64,000 nt of DNA, from positions 64,488 to 128,487 of the forward strand of contig JARXPF010000001.1 of the NCBI GenBank assembly GCA_029887765.1. Reading direction: 5' to 3'. The stretch comes from Thermoproteota archaeon (lineage in GTDB: Archaea > Thermoproteota > Methanomethylicia > Methanomethylicales > Methanomethylicaceae). The notes beneath the pieces are model-generated. The model worked only from the letters and a program-made list of their open reading frames with translations. It did not search any database and was not told the origin of the DNA. This document shows positions 10,613 through 19,548 of this stretch, piece after piece; within the stretch, counting starts at the first letter, position 1; every line of letters starts with the position of its first letter. Made by a program: the position numbers and the translations under genes.

Positions 10613-11670
10613 TATTCAACATCTCTAATTATTTTACGTATTATTAACCAATTAATTAATACTAAGAAAGAAACTAAATAAAATATACTCCTATAATCTA
10701 TGCAATTCCATAATAAAAAAGAGAGAATAGGTCCAAGAGTAGAGAATAGTGATGTAAGAGTAATAAACTTATATTCATTAAACTTTTTTATACTTCTATT
10801 GACAATTATAATAAATGAATTGAAAAAGCTTATATCAATTAAAGCTAAAGTCCAAAGAATTAGTAGAATTAAAATGTCACTTGTAAAAGACATTAATAAA
10901 ATTGAAAAGAATAGTGAAGTATTTATAAAACTTCCTAAACTTCTATGAATCTTATCATATTTACTAATTTTCCATCCTATTAATTGAATTATAATTAATG
11001 AAATTGTAATGGCTAAACCTATATAAATGACGTTGCTATTGAATATAGTTAAAGCTATTATCGGAATTAATAGATTTATAATAGATCCACTTAAGCCCAT
11101 TCCAAATGCTAAAAAAATGCCTTCTAAAGTTAAACTATTATTAGTTTCTTCAATAAGTTTTGGTTTAGCCACTATTATTTTAAAAGAAAATAGCAATAAA
11201 AGTGAAAATAGAAAAGCTAGAAGTGCTGAAAATAATAATATTTCATCAAAACCATAATGAAAAATGATAATAGCACCCAAAAGTGGAGTAAATGAAATTA
11301 TGAAATTTATTGGAGGTTTAGCAATTGTATATGACGGAAGAGATAATAAACCTCCTGTAGTTATTCCTATTATTAATGAAAAGAATATAGAAAAAATGCC
11401 ATAACCATAAATCGCAAAAATTAATGATGAAATTACATGAGCTGAAAGAAATGTTCCTGCAATTCTTGATAAAGAAGCTTTAGATAATAAAACATATTGA
11501 TTTCCAATAAAAAAACCAAAATAGTAGATTGTTAAAACAATACATGATAAAAGTAAATCTTGAAGTTTTAACCATGAAATTATTGGTATGAGATGATGAA
11601 CTATTCCAGCTATAGGAAAACTCATTAAGATTATGAATTTAAATAATCTGATATGCTTCACAGGCATCAC
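10612..11670 (-). CDS. Integral membrane protein, MFS-like
   Basis: About 11-12 hydrophobic segments arranged in two halves. Confidence 0.5.
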   Translation of the reverse strand: MMPVKHIRLFKFIILMSFPIAGIVHHLIPIISWLKLQDLLLSCIVLTIYYFGFFIGNQYVLLSKASLSRIAGTFLSAHVISSLIFAIYGYGIFSIFFSLIIGITTGGLLSLPSYTIAKPPINFIISFTPLLGAIIIFHYGFDEILLFSALLAFLFSLLLLFSFKIIVAKPKLIEETNNSLTLEGIFLAFGMGLSGSIINLLIPIIALTIFNSNVIYIGLAITISLIIIQLIGWKISKYDKIHRSLGSFINTSLFFSILLMSFTSDILILLILWTLALIDISFFNSFIIIVNRSIKKFNEYKFITLTSLFSTLGPILSFLLWNCIDYRSIFYLVSFLVLINWLIIRKIIRDVE

Positions 11671-11719
11671 AATAAATTTTTATACATTTTTATCACTATA
11701 TATATTATGTGAGAGATGT

Positions 11720-12055
11720 ATGGAGAAGCCAAAGTTTACAATTATGCAAGAACTTATAATTGAAGGAATTCTTAAAAAAGTAGGGGATGAAAGTAAAATT
11801 GAGTCTATTGAAATTAGTAGTGGAGATATTCTTGCCTATGTTACTAATGAAATGACTAAAAGAAAGGACAGTGGGATTAAAGGTACTGCAGCAGGAACAA
11901 AAGGTTGGGCAGATATGTTTAGATTAGCATTGAGAGATCTTGTTTCTATGGGTTATATTAAGGAGAAAAAAGGACTTATATCTTCAAAAATTTCGCTTAC
12001 AAAAGAAGGTCTCGAAGCTTATAAAAAATACAAAGAAGGGAAGGGAGGGTCCTGA
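11720..12055 (+). CDS. Hypothetical protein, probable winged-helix fold
   Basis: ATG at 11720; ALRDLVSMGYIKE...ISLTKEG wing pattern. Confidence 0.55.
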   Translation: MEKPKFTIMQELIIEGILKKVGDESKIESIEISSGDILAYVTNEMTKRKDSGIKGTAAGTKGWADMFRLALRDLVSMGYIKEKKGLISSKISLTKEGLEAYKKYKEGKGGS

Positions 12056-12675
12056 TTAATAAATTAATAAAATTACAAAAGAGATTTCCAAAAATTTTTA
12101 ATTTTTATGAAAAATTAACTACTAAACTTGGGTTAATCTCAGTACCATTTATCTTAACAATAATAACTTTTTTTATAGCTTATGGAGAAATACCCAAGAT
12201 TCTTCTACCAACAGTTAATGATTTAATATCATTTTTAACAATTATATTTACATTCATATTAAGTCTTATTTTTCATGAAATTTCTCATATAATCGTTCTT
12301 ATAAATCATGATGTAAAAGAAATTTCTCTTAAATTATCAATGCGTGGAATTTTAGGGTTTTTTGTTAAAGCTGATGTAGATTCAAAAAAATGTGAAGAAG
12401 TAATTCCATTTTTTTACTCTATTGGTTTAGGAAGTAATTTGCTTCTTTTTTTAATTTTCTTACCATTCTTTGAAATTAATCCATATCTTCACATAATTTC
12501 AATAGTAAATTTTTGGTTATTGTTTATAAATGGAATACCAGCTCCATTACTTGATGGAGGAAGAATTTTTGAAATCTTACTTAAAAAATTAAAAATAGAA
12601 AAAAATATTGAACTTATTTCAATAAGCTTATTAATTATTTGGCTTTTACTTCTTATTTTGAGAATTTACACTTGA
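12052..12675 (+). CDS. M50 (site-2) intramembrane metalloprotease
   Basis: Frame open from 12025; FHEISH (HExxH) lies upstream of the ORF-track ATG; NGIPAPLLDGGRI motif; GGGAGG RBS then CTG/ATT. Confidence 0.8.
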   Translation: MINKLIKLQKRFPKIFNFYEKLTTKLGLISVPFILTIITFFIAYGEIPKILLPTVNDLISFLTIIFTFILSLIFHEISHIIVLINHDVKEISLKLSMRGILGFFVKADVDSKKCEEVIPFFYSIGLGSNLLLFLIFLPFFEINPYLHIISIVNFWLLFINGIPAPLLDGGRIFEILLKKLKIEKNIELISISLLIIWLLLLILRIYT

Positions 12676-13388
12676 ATCTTTTTACCAATAGGACATACTT
12701 TTATACAAATCCCACAAACTGTAGCAGCATAAGATTGTTTTGATAGTAAATCCTTCATTTCATCCAATCTTGCAGAACATTTTTCAGCATCAAGTATATC
12801 CTCTCTTTTTGCAGGATAGTATTCAAACTCAGCATATTTCAACGCTCCTGAAGGACATGAGTCTATGCATATTCTACAATTTCCACATTGATTTTTCATT
12901 GGTTTCCCTGGCTGTAGAGGCATGTTTGTAAGAATTGTTCCAAGACGAAGTCTAGGTCCATATATTGGATTTATTAATGAGCCATTACGACCAATCCATC
13001 CTATACCTGCTGCATGAGCAACAGCTCTATGTGATATATGACCTGCTAATTTAGTGATTCTGTAGGAAGCAGGTATTTGTAATGCTAAATAGCCCTCGCT
13101 TGTTATCCATCCAGCTATTCTAAGCAAAATTATATCTATTAGAGTATTAGCCAAATGATAGGCATGAGCATAAAGTACACCAGGATTATCTACTTCAATC
13201 ATCTCTACAGCAAAATTGGGAAGAGGAACACCAATGGATATTCCATATGAAAATTTGTTCATAGGAACTGAGTATGTATGAAGGTCCTTTAAAAGAGATA
13301 AATCAGCCACTCCTACAACTCCCGCTCCTGCATTCTTTGCAATAGAAAATAAGTTTTGCGTATTTCTTTCATTAAGCAAAAATTTCAC
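12666..13388 (-). CDS. QueG/reductive-dehalogenase-like 4Fe-4S protein
   Basis: SHRAVAHAAGIGWIGRNG, YGPRLRLGTILT, CGNCRICIDSCP, CGICIKVCP. Confidence 0.85.
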   Translation of the reverse strand: MKFLLNERNTQNLFSIAKNAGAGVVGVADLSLLKDLHTYSVPMNKFSYGISIGVPLPNFAVEMIEVDNPGVLYAHAYHLANTLIDIILLRIAGWITSEGYLALQIPASYRITKLAGHISHRAVAHAAGIGWIGRNGSLINPIYGPRLRLGTILTNMPLQPGKPMKNQCGNCRICIDSCPSGALKYAEFEYYPAKREDILDAEKCSARLDEMKDLLSKQSYAATVCGICIKVCPIGKKIQV

Positions 13389-13406
13389 CTAAATAGTTTT
13401 TATTTT

Positions 13407-14093
13407 TTAAATATTAAAAGGCTTTTCAAAAAGTTTACCATTAAATAGATAATATATTTTATCAGCACCTTCTATAAGAGATTCTTCAATAGTAGTTACT
13501 ATATAAACAGAATTACTTTCTCTCTGTTTTTTCTTTATTATATTAGCAACTTTTTTTGAAGTTTCTAAATCTAAATGTGCAGTTGGCTCATCTAATATTA
13601 CAATAGGAGGGGCGCCTATAATTGTTTGAGCAACACTTACACGTTCATATTCTCCTCCGCTTAATTGATTAGGTTTATGATAAATTCTTTCTGAAAGTTC
13701 GAATTCCTCTAATAGCTCTTTTGCAGCTTTAAATGCTTTTTCTTTTTCTACATAATTTAGTAGTAAAGGTAATGCAACATTTTCAATAACTGATAATTGA
13801 GGTATTAATATAGGATCTTGAGGTTTAAAACCAATTTTCTTTCTTCTAAACCATGCAAGTTCATAAGCACCTAGTCGAGAAATTTCAACACCATCTATGA
13901 ATACTGATCCTGAAGATGGAGTAATTAAGCCAGCAATAATTTGTATTAAAGTAGTTTTACCTACTCCAGATCTACCTGCAATAACTATAATTCCTTTTTC
14001 AGGAAAACTTATAGAAATAGAGTCTAATACCTTTATAGTTCTTCCAGCAGCTTTATAGGTTTTTGATATAGAATCTAAAATTATTTTTGACAT
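13407..14093 (-). CDS. ABC transporter ATP-binding protein (LolD-like)
   Basis: GRSGVGKTT, LSGGEYER, ILDEPTAHLD; H-loop His apparently replaced (VTTIE). Confidence 0.88.
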   Translation of the reverse strand: MSKIILDSISKTYKAAGRTIKVLDSISISFPEKGIIVIAGRSGVGKTTLIQIIAGLITPSSGSVFIDGVEISRLGAYELAWFRRKKIGFKPQDPILIPQLSVIENVALPLLLNYVEKEKAFKAAKELLEEFELSERIYHKPNQLSGGEYERVSVAQTIIGAPPIVILDEPTAHLDLETSKKVANIIKKKQRESNSVYIVTTIEESLIEGADKIYYLFNGKLFEKPFNI

Positions 14094-14108
14094 AAAAAAT
14101 AAAAAAAA

Positions 14109-14753
14109 TTATTGTGATATAAGTTTCCTTATTATATCAACGGCTTCAGAGGCGTCCTTACCCCAAGCATCAGCACCTATTGATTTTGCATAATCTAATG
14201 AAGTTGGTGCTCCTCCAATAATAACTTTTACTTTATCCCTTTGTCCTTCTTTTATAAGCAATTCAATTACTTTTTTCATTCCAGGCATGGTTGTTGTCAT
14301 TAAAGCAGACATACCAAGAATTTCAGCATTATATTCTTTTACTGCTTCAATAAACTTTGTAAGTGGTACATCTTTTCCTAAATCAATTACTTTAAAACCT
14401 GCACTATCTAACATTATTTTTACTAAATTCTTTCCAATATCATGTATATCTCCTTCAACTACGCCTAGTACAACAGTTATGGGTTTGGCTGTTTTATCTA
14501 CTTTGATGTGTGGTCTTAAAATCTCCACAGCAGCATTCATCGCACATGCAGATAATAATACTTCAGGGACATAATATTCTCCTTTTTCATAAAGCTCACT
14601 CACTTTCTTCATTCCTTCTGCTAATCCATTCATTATAGCTTCATAAGCATCTATGCCTTGCTTTATTGCTTCTTCAGCCCACTTTTTTGCCCCTTCTTCA
14701 TCTCCATCTATTACACATTTAGCAAGATTTTTTAAAATCTCTTCTTTTTCCAT
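14109..14753 (-). CDS. Methyltransferase cognate corrinoid protein (MtaC/MtbC/MtsB-like)
   Basis: Cap domain plus B12 motif EGDIHDIGKNLV, SALMTTT, IIGGAP. Confidence 0.93.
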   Translation of the reverse strand: MEKEEILKNLAKCVIDGDEEGAKKWAEEAIKQGIDAYEAIMNGLAEGMKKVSELYEKGEYYVPEVLLSACAMNAAVEILRPHIKVDKTAKPITVVLGVVEGDIHDIGKNLVKIMLDSAGFKVIDLGKDVPLTKFIEAVKEYNAEILGMSALMTTTMPGMKKVIELLIKEGQRDKVKVIIGGAPTSLDYAKSIGADAWGKDASEAVDIIRKLISQ

Positions 14754-14762
14754 AATTATCAC

Positions 14763-15803
14763 CTAATATACACCATATTTTTTAGCAGCTTCAACCATAG
14801 CAGCTATATTTTCACCTGGAACTGCAGCAGGAACAATACAACCAGATGCTAAAACAAATCCTCCACCAGCCATGGCTTTTTCTAAAGCTACCTTACATTC
14901 TTCTTCAACATCTTTTGGTGTTTTTTGAAGTAAAGTTACACCTGGACTAATATTACCCATTATGCAAACTCTATTTCCTACAAGAGATTTTGCTCTAGCT
15001 AAATCTACTTTTTCATCTACACTTATAGCATCTGCACCAGTATCAGCCATAATTTCAAGACGATCATTTACATTACCACAGATATGTAAAAATACTTTAA
15101 CCCCCATTCGTTTTATTGCCCTTATTTCTCTTCTTAAATAAGGAAAGACAAATTCTTCAAATGCTTTTTTTGATATCATATCACCTGATGATGTTGGATC
15201 AGATACCCATATTAAATCTGCACCAGCTTCAACAACAGCTTCAGCATAAACAATTAAACTTTCAGTTGCTATTTCAATCAATTCTTTTAATGGCTCTGGA
15301 TTTTTCTTCATATCTAAAAGAGCTCTTTCCGTACCCCTTAACATACATGTATGTCTCCAACATGCTTGTACATATCCCATTACTGGAATATATCCGCCAA
15401 CTGCTTCTTTAAGTCTCCTAATTCCTTCTAATATTATTGGAAGGCGCCCATCTTTTCTTGGATGAGGTATTTTTAACTTAGGTAAATCTTTAGAATAATC
15501 ATTAACTGCTGGCGTTTTAACTGAAGGAGCAGCATCATCAGGTATATGGAGTACACTTCCCATGGCTTCGGATTCTGCATGAACTGCAAGCAAGTCTAAA
15601 ACCATATCATAACCATATTTTCTTATAGCATATAATTGAGAATATACATATTTTTCAGGATTTGACATAACTTCAGAGAATTTAAAACCAGCTTGTCTTA
15701 TTGCCCATTCTCTTACAAGAGGAGTTACAGGAACTCTATCAGGCTTTTTAAGTTCAAAAGCAGTCATTAAGCGCTCATAAGGAGTCATCTCTTCTTTTGC
15801 CAT
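14763..15803 (-). CDS. UroD-family methylcobamide:CoM methyltransferase (MtaA/MtsA-like)
   Basis: PDRVPV, ESEAMG, SDPTSS, LHICG, MGNISP, LASGC; adjacent to the corrinoid gene. Confidence 0.88.
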   Translation of the reverse strand: MAKEEMTPYERLMTAFELKKPDRVPVTPLVREWAIRQAGFKFSEVMSNPEKYVYSQLYAIRKYGYDMVLDLLAVHAESEAMGSVLHIPDDAAPSVKTPAVNDYSKDLPKLKIPHPRKDGRLPIILEGIRRLKEAVGGYIPVMGYVQACWRHTCMLRGTERALLDMKKNPEPLKELIEIATESLIVYAEAVVEAGADLIWVSDPTSSGDMISKKAFEEFVFPYLRREIRAIKRMGVKVFLHICGNVNDRLEIMADTGADAISVDEKVDLARAKSLVGNRVCIMGNISPGVTLLQKTPKDVEEECKVALEKAMAGGGFVLASGCIVPAAVPGENIAAMVEAAKKYGVY

Positions 15804-15849
15804 TCAATTTTCCCCAATAAATATTTATGATATAAGATTTAATTAAAAC

Positions 15850-16116
15850 TTATCCTCCCTCTACCATTGGAAGAATGGCTATTTCTTCTCCACCCTTTAT
15901 TAAGGAATTAGAAAAAGGTGTTCTTCCATTTATTAATATTATAGCAGAACCTTTATTTTCAAAATCTTCTAATATAGGTTTTAATTTTTGATAACGTTCT
16001 GAAAGTAATTTTAGAAAATTGGAAAATTCTAATGGATTTTCTATTTCTATTTCTGCTACTGAAGTTCCAATTAATTCACGAAAATCTTGAAAAAATTTTA
16101 CAATTACTTTTGGCAT
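15850..16116 (-). CDS. MoaD/ThiS/SAMP ubiquitin-like sulfur carrier
   Basis: 88 aa; ILINGR and C-terminal LPMVEGG; follows AOR. Confidence 0.88.
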   Translation of the reverse strand: MPKVIVKFFQDFRELIGTSVAEIEIENPLEFSNFLKLLSERYQKLKPILEDFENKGSAIILINGRTPFSNSLIKGGEEIAILPMVEGG

Positions 16117-16151
16117 GATAAAAATTATAAAGAAAGAAAATAAAAAGTTTT

Positions 16152-18029
16152 CTAATATGGAAGCTTTCCTAATTTTTCTAATTCATCTGCAATATCTTTT
16201 AAGCCAAGTTCTTCTAATTTAGCCCTAGTTGGTAAACCAGTTTTCACATCCCAACCTCTAGCTTCATAGTATTGATTTAATAAAGGTTCAAGTTCAAAAA
16301 TTTGTCCTGCTGATGGTCCTGAAGGTATTGGTTCTTTTAAGAATCTAGCTGGAAGTGTATCATGTCTTCTATCAAAACCTTCTCTTACATTAAATGCTTT
16401 TTCCACATTCCATACTCTTTCGCCTATCTTTACTGCTTCTTCAAATCCTCCAAAATCAATTCCAGTAGCAGCATTTACTATTTTTGTAAGTAAATCAGGC
16501 TTGTGCCATTCGGATCTTGTTGGAAATGTACACCATATACAACATTCTCCCCAAGTTAATCTATTTTGGTTATATGCAGCAAGTGCACCTTTACCCTCGA
16601 GACTAAATCTATCTACTTTAGTTGGAAGACCAAAGACTTCTTGTGTTCCATAACCTAATGCATGACTTCCACCAATATTAGATGTAACCATATTAAGTCC
16701 ATGAGCTTTTACTGGTCTTGGATCGTATGCTGGAAGTTCTAATCCTTTTATATGAATTGCAAATTCTTCAGATCCTTTTCCAATTCTTTCTGAAGCTATT
16801 TTAACACCTTCAGCTAATAAATCGCCAATTCCTTCTCTAAATGAAATTTTTCTAATTAATTCCATTAAGACTTTTTCATCTCCCCACTTCAATTCCATTC
16901 CATCAGTATCTTTAGTTGTTAAAATTCCACGTTCAAATGCTTCTATTGCAAAAGCTATAGAAACTCCAGCAGATATTGTATCAATACCATAATTATCAGC
17001 AAGCATATTAGCATAAATGACAGCATCCAAGTTTGGTATATCTAGTAAACCACCAAAAGTACAGAATGTCTCATATTCTGGACCATCTACCCATGCTCCA
17101 GCATAAGGACCTTCTCTTACATAAGTAAATTTCCAACACATTATCATACAATTTGGACAACCAGCATTTCTTATTGTACGTTTGACTTTTCCTTCACCAT
17201 TAAGTTTTTCATGATCTGGGTAAAATGTTTCTCTAAAGTTCTTGTATGGATAGTCTCCAATTTGATTTATAAGTGCATGAATTGCAGCAGTTCCATATCT
17301 TTGCATTCTTTTAGTACCATGAGCTGCTGCAAGTTGTTTAACTTGTTCTTTAACCAATTCTTTAAGTAAATCTTCATTAGCTATTGGAATTGATTTTTCA
17401 CCATAAACTGCAACTGCTTTTAGATTTTTAGCCCCCATTATTGCACCCATTCCGCCTCTTCCTAATTGTCTTGTACCACATTGAACTATAGCATATTTAA
17501 CTAAACGTTCTCCAGCAGGACCTATAACAGCTGTTTCTGCTTTAGGATTTCTTAAAATATGTTCTTTTAGAATATATTGAGCTAAATCTGTTGTAGTACC
17601 CCAAATAGAAGAGGCATCTCCAAAATCAACTTCTCCATTTTCTATGTAAATATAAGTGGGTTTTTCAGCTTTTCCCTCTATTATCATAAAGTCATAACCA
17701 CATTTCTTTAGCATTATTCCAAGATTACTTACGCATCTAGATCTAAAGTAAGTATTAGTAAGAGGAGATTTTGTAACTACTAACCAACCACTAGAAGCTG
17801 CTTGAACTGGAAGACCTGTTAATGGTCCTGTTCCCCAAACCATTTTATTTTCTGGTGATAGTGGATCTACACCTGGTTTCATTTCATCAAAAAGAAGTTT
17901 TGCAGCAATTCCTCGACCACCAATAAATTTTCTATAATAATCTTCAGGTACTTCTGTTTCCCAGACTTTTTTGTCTGTAAGATTTATGTGTAAAATTTTT
18001 CCCATGTATGCACCTTTCAAAAAACTCAC
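16152..18029 (-). CDS. aor: Aldehyde:ferredoxin oxidoreductase family (tungstopterin) protein
   Basis: GGRG, KSPLT, IGPAGE, GRGGMGAIMGAKNLKA, CPNCMIMC, GPEYET, GIDTIS, YDPR. Confidence 0.93.
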   Translation of the reverse strand: MSFLKGAYMGKILHINLTDKKVWETEVPEDYYRKFIGGRGIAAKLLFDEMKPGVDPLSPENKMVWGTGPLTGLPVQAASSGWLVVTKSPLTNTYFRSRCVSNLGIMLKKCGYDFMIIEGKAEKPTYIYIENGEVDFGDASSIWGTTTDLAQYILKEHILRNPKAETAVIGPAGERLVKYAIVQCGTRQLGRGGMGAIMGAKNLKAVAVYGEKSIPIANEDLLKELVKEQVKQLAAAHGTKRMQRYGTAAIHALINQIGDYPYKNFRETFYPDHEKLNGEGKVKRTIRNAGCPNCMIMCWKFTYVREGPYAGAWVDGPEYETFCTFGGLLDIPNLDAVIYANMLADNYGIDTISAGVSIAFAIEAFERGILTTKDTDGMELKWGDEKVLMELIRKISFREGIGDLLAEGVKIASERIGKGSEEFAIHIKGLELPAYDPRPVKAHGLNMVTSNIGGSHALGYGTQEVFGLPTKVDRFSLEGKGALAAYNQNRLTWGECCIWCTFPTRSEWHKPDLLTKIVNAATGIDFGGFEEAVKIGERVWNVEKAFNVREGFDRRHDTLPARFLKEPIPSGPSAGQIFELEPLLNQYYEARGWDVKTGLPTRAKLEELGLKDIADELEKLGKLPY

Positions 18030-18166
18030 CTAAAGAATTATTTTAGTGCTTCTTGTATTTAAGATTTAAGAAAATGTTTTCAATTATTTTTAAAGTTTTT
18101 AAATATTGAAATAATATTCTTTTAATAAAGAATTATTTTAATATTTAAATTTCTAAAAATAACATT

Positions 18167-19372
18167 ATGGCATGGAATGCTTATGGAGCATTATTTGATC
18201 CAGATGAAGGTATTGATTCAATAAATAATAAAATTAATAGTATCATAAATGAAAATAGACCAAAAAATCCTTATAGAGAGTTTTTAAAATTAAAAGAAAT
18301 ACAAGGAATTGATATTAAAGATAATGGAGAATTGTCAGTTGAAAGTTGGTTATCCATATATCCAACTGAAGATGATTTAATAATGTTAACTCAAATTAAC
18401 TTTGAAGTTTTTTTAGATTATGATGGTTGTAGAGAATATAGAGAAAAAATAAAAAATTTTGTAAAAGAATTAGAAAAACCTTTAATGATTGGAATAGATC
18501 ATTGTTTAACAGGAGGAGTTATTGAAAATCTTGTAAATAAATTTGAAGAATTTACATTGATAGTATTTGATTCTCACTTTGATGCTATTCCATCTCCTAT
18601 TAGAAATAATTTAATTGGCTATATGCTCGAAAATCAATCAGAAAATAAAAAATTTGGATTTAGTGCTAAGGATTATGTATTTAACCCAATAGGAAGAAAG
18701 GATAGTTACAATAGTGGTTCTTTTATATATCATATTATCAAAGAAGGAATTATAGATGCTAAAAATGTAATAATTTTTGGTGCTGCTGATTATCCTTCAG
18801 AAAGTTTAGAAAAAATAGGCGACACTAGAGTAAAAGAGTATGTAAGATTTTATAAGAGTATGGAAGAAGAAGGTGTAAAAGTAATACATAGAGGAATTAT
18901 AGATGCTATAGGTCCAGAAGAAGCTATGCTAAGAATTCTTCAATACATAAGAAATAATGTTTATATATCAATAGATTTGGACATTGGTGCAAGATCTGCT
19001 CTGATTGGAGCAAGATTTATTAATGTAGAAGGATTGAAAGAAGCGGATATTTACAAATCATTGCTAATACTTTATGAAAAAGGAGTAAATATCATAGGAT
19101 TAGATATAATGGAAATTGATCCATGGAAAGCTGGTGAAATTTATGATAATATAAAAGATAGGTCTTACAATATATGTGGCAATATTGTAAGAATTTTAAC
19201 AAAAGGTGAGATTTATCTTGATGAAAAATACAAGGAGTTTTTAAAAAACTTTGAAAAAATTACTATTAAAGAAATAAAAGATAAAGACATTCTTAGTGAA
19301 TTATTGAAAATGGGATTTATAACAATGACTGGTAAGTATTTTAAAATAGCTTATAATGGAAAAATTGTTTAA
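18167..19372 (+). CDS. Divergent arginase/ureohydrolase family protein
   Basis: GIDHC, FDSHFD, SIDLDI, GLDIMEID metal-binding motifs, with long insertions and a C-terminal extension. Confidence 0.75.
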   Translation: MAWNAYGALFDPDEGIDSINNKINSIINENRPKNPYREFLKLKEIQGIDIKDNGELSVESWLSIYPTEDDLIMLTQINFEVFLDYDGCREYREKIKNFVKELEKPLMIGIDHCLTGGVIENLVNKFEEFTLIVFDSHFDAIPSPIRNNLIGYMLENQSENKKFGFSAKDYVFNPIGRKDSYNSGSFIYHIIKEGIIDAKNVIIFGAADYPSESLEKIGDTRVKEYVRFYKSMEEEGVKVIHRGIIDAIGPEEAMLRILQYIRNNVYISIDLDIGARSALIGARFINVEGLKEADIYKSLLILYEKGVNIIGLDIMEIDPWKAGEIYDNIKDRSYNICGNIVRILTKGEIYLDEKYKEFLKNFEKITIKEIKDKDILSELLKMGFITMTGKYFKIAYNGKIV

Positions 19373-19387
19373 AAAAAGAGAAAAGAA

Positions 19388-19543
19388 TTATGCATATGGT
19401 GCTATAAATTGTTTAAAGTTAGACGATGGTAGTAGCTTAGTATTATGAGAACCACACTTTGGACATTTTATAGCTGAAGAAATCCTGTTTGAAGACCATT
19501 CATGTCTACAGTCTCTACACTTGATTCTATAATCAAAACCCAT
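19388..19543 (-). CDS. Small zinc-ribbon protein (51 aa; absent from ORF track)
   Basis: Hand translation MGFDYRIKCRDCRHEWSSNRISSAIKCPKCGSHNTKLLPSSNFKQFIAPYA; GGTGA RBS; directly follows the CCG protein gene. Confidence 0.8.
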   Translation of the reverse strand: MGFDYRIKCRDCRHEWSSNRISSAIKCPKCGSHNTKLLPSSNFKQFIAPYA

Positions 19544-19548
19544 TTATG

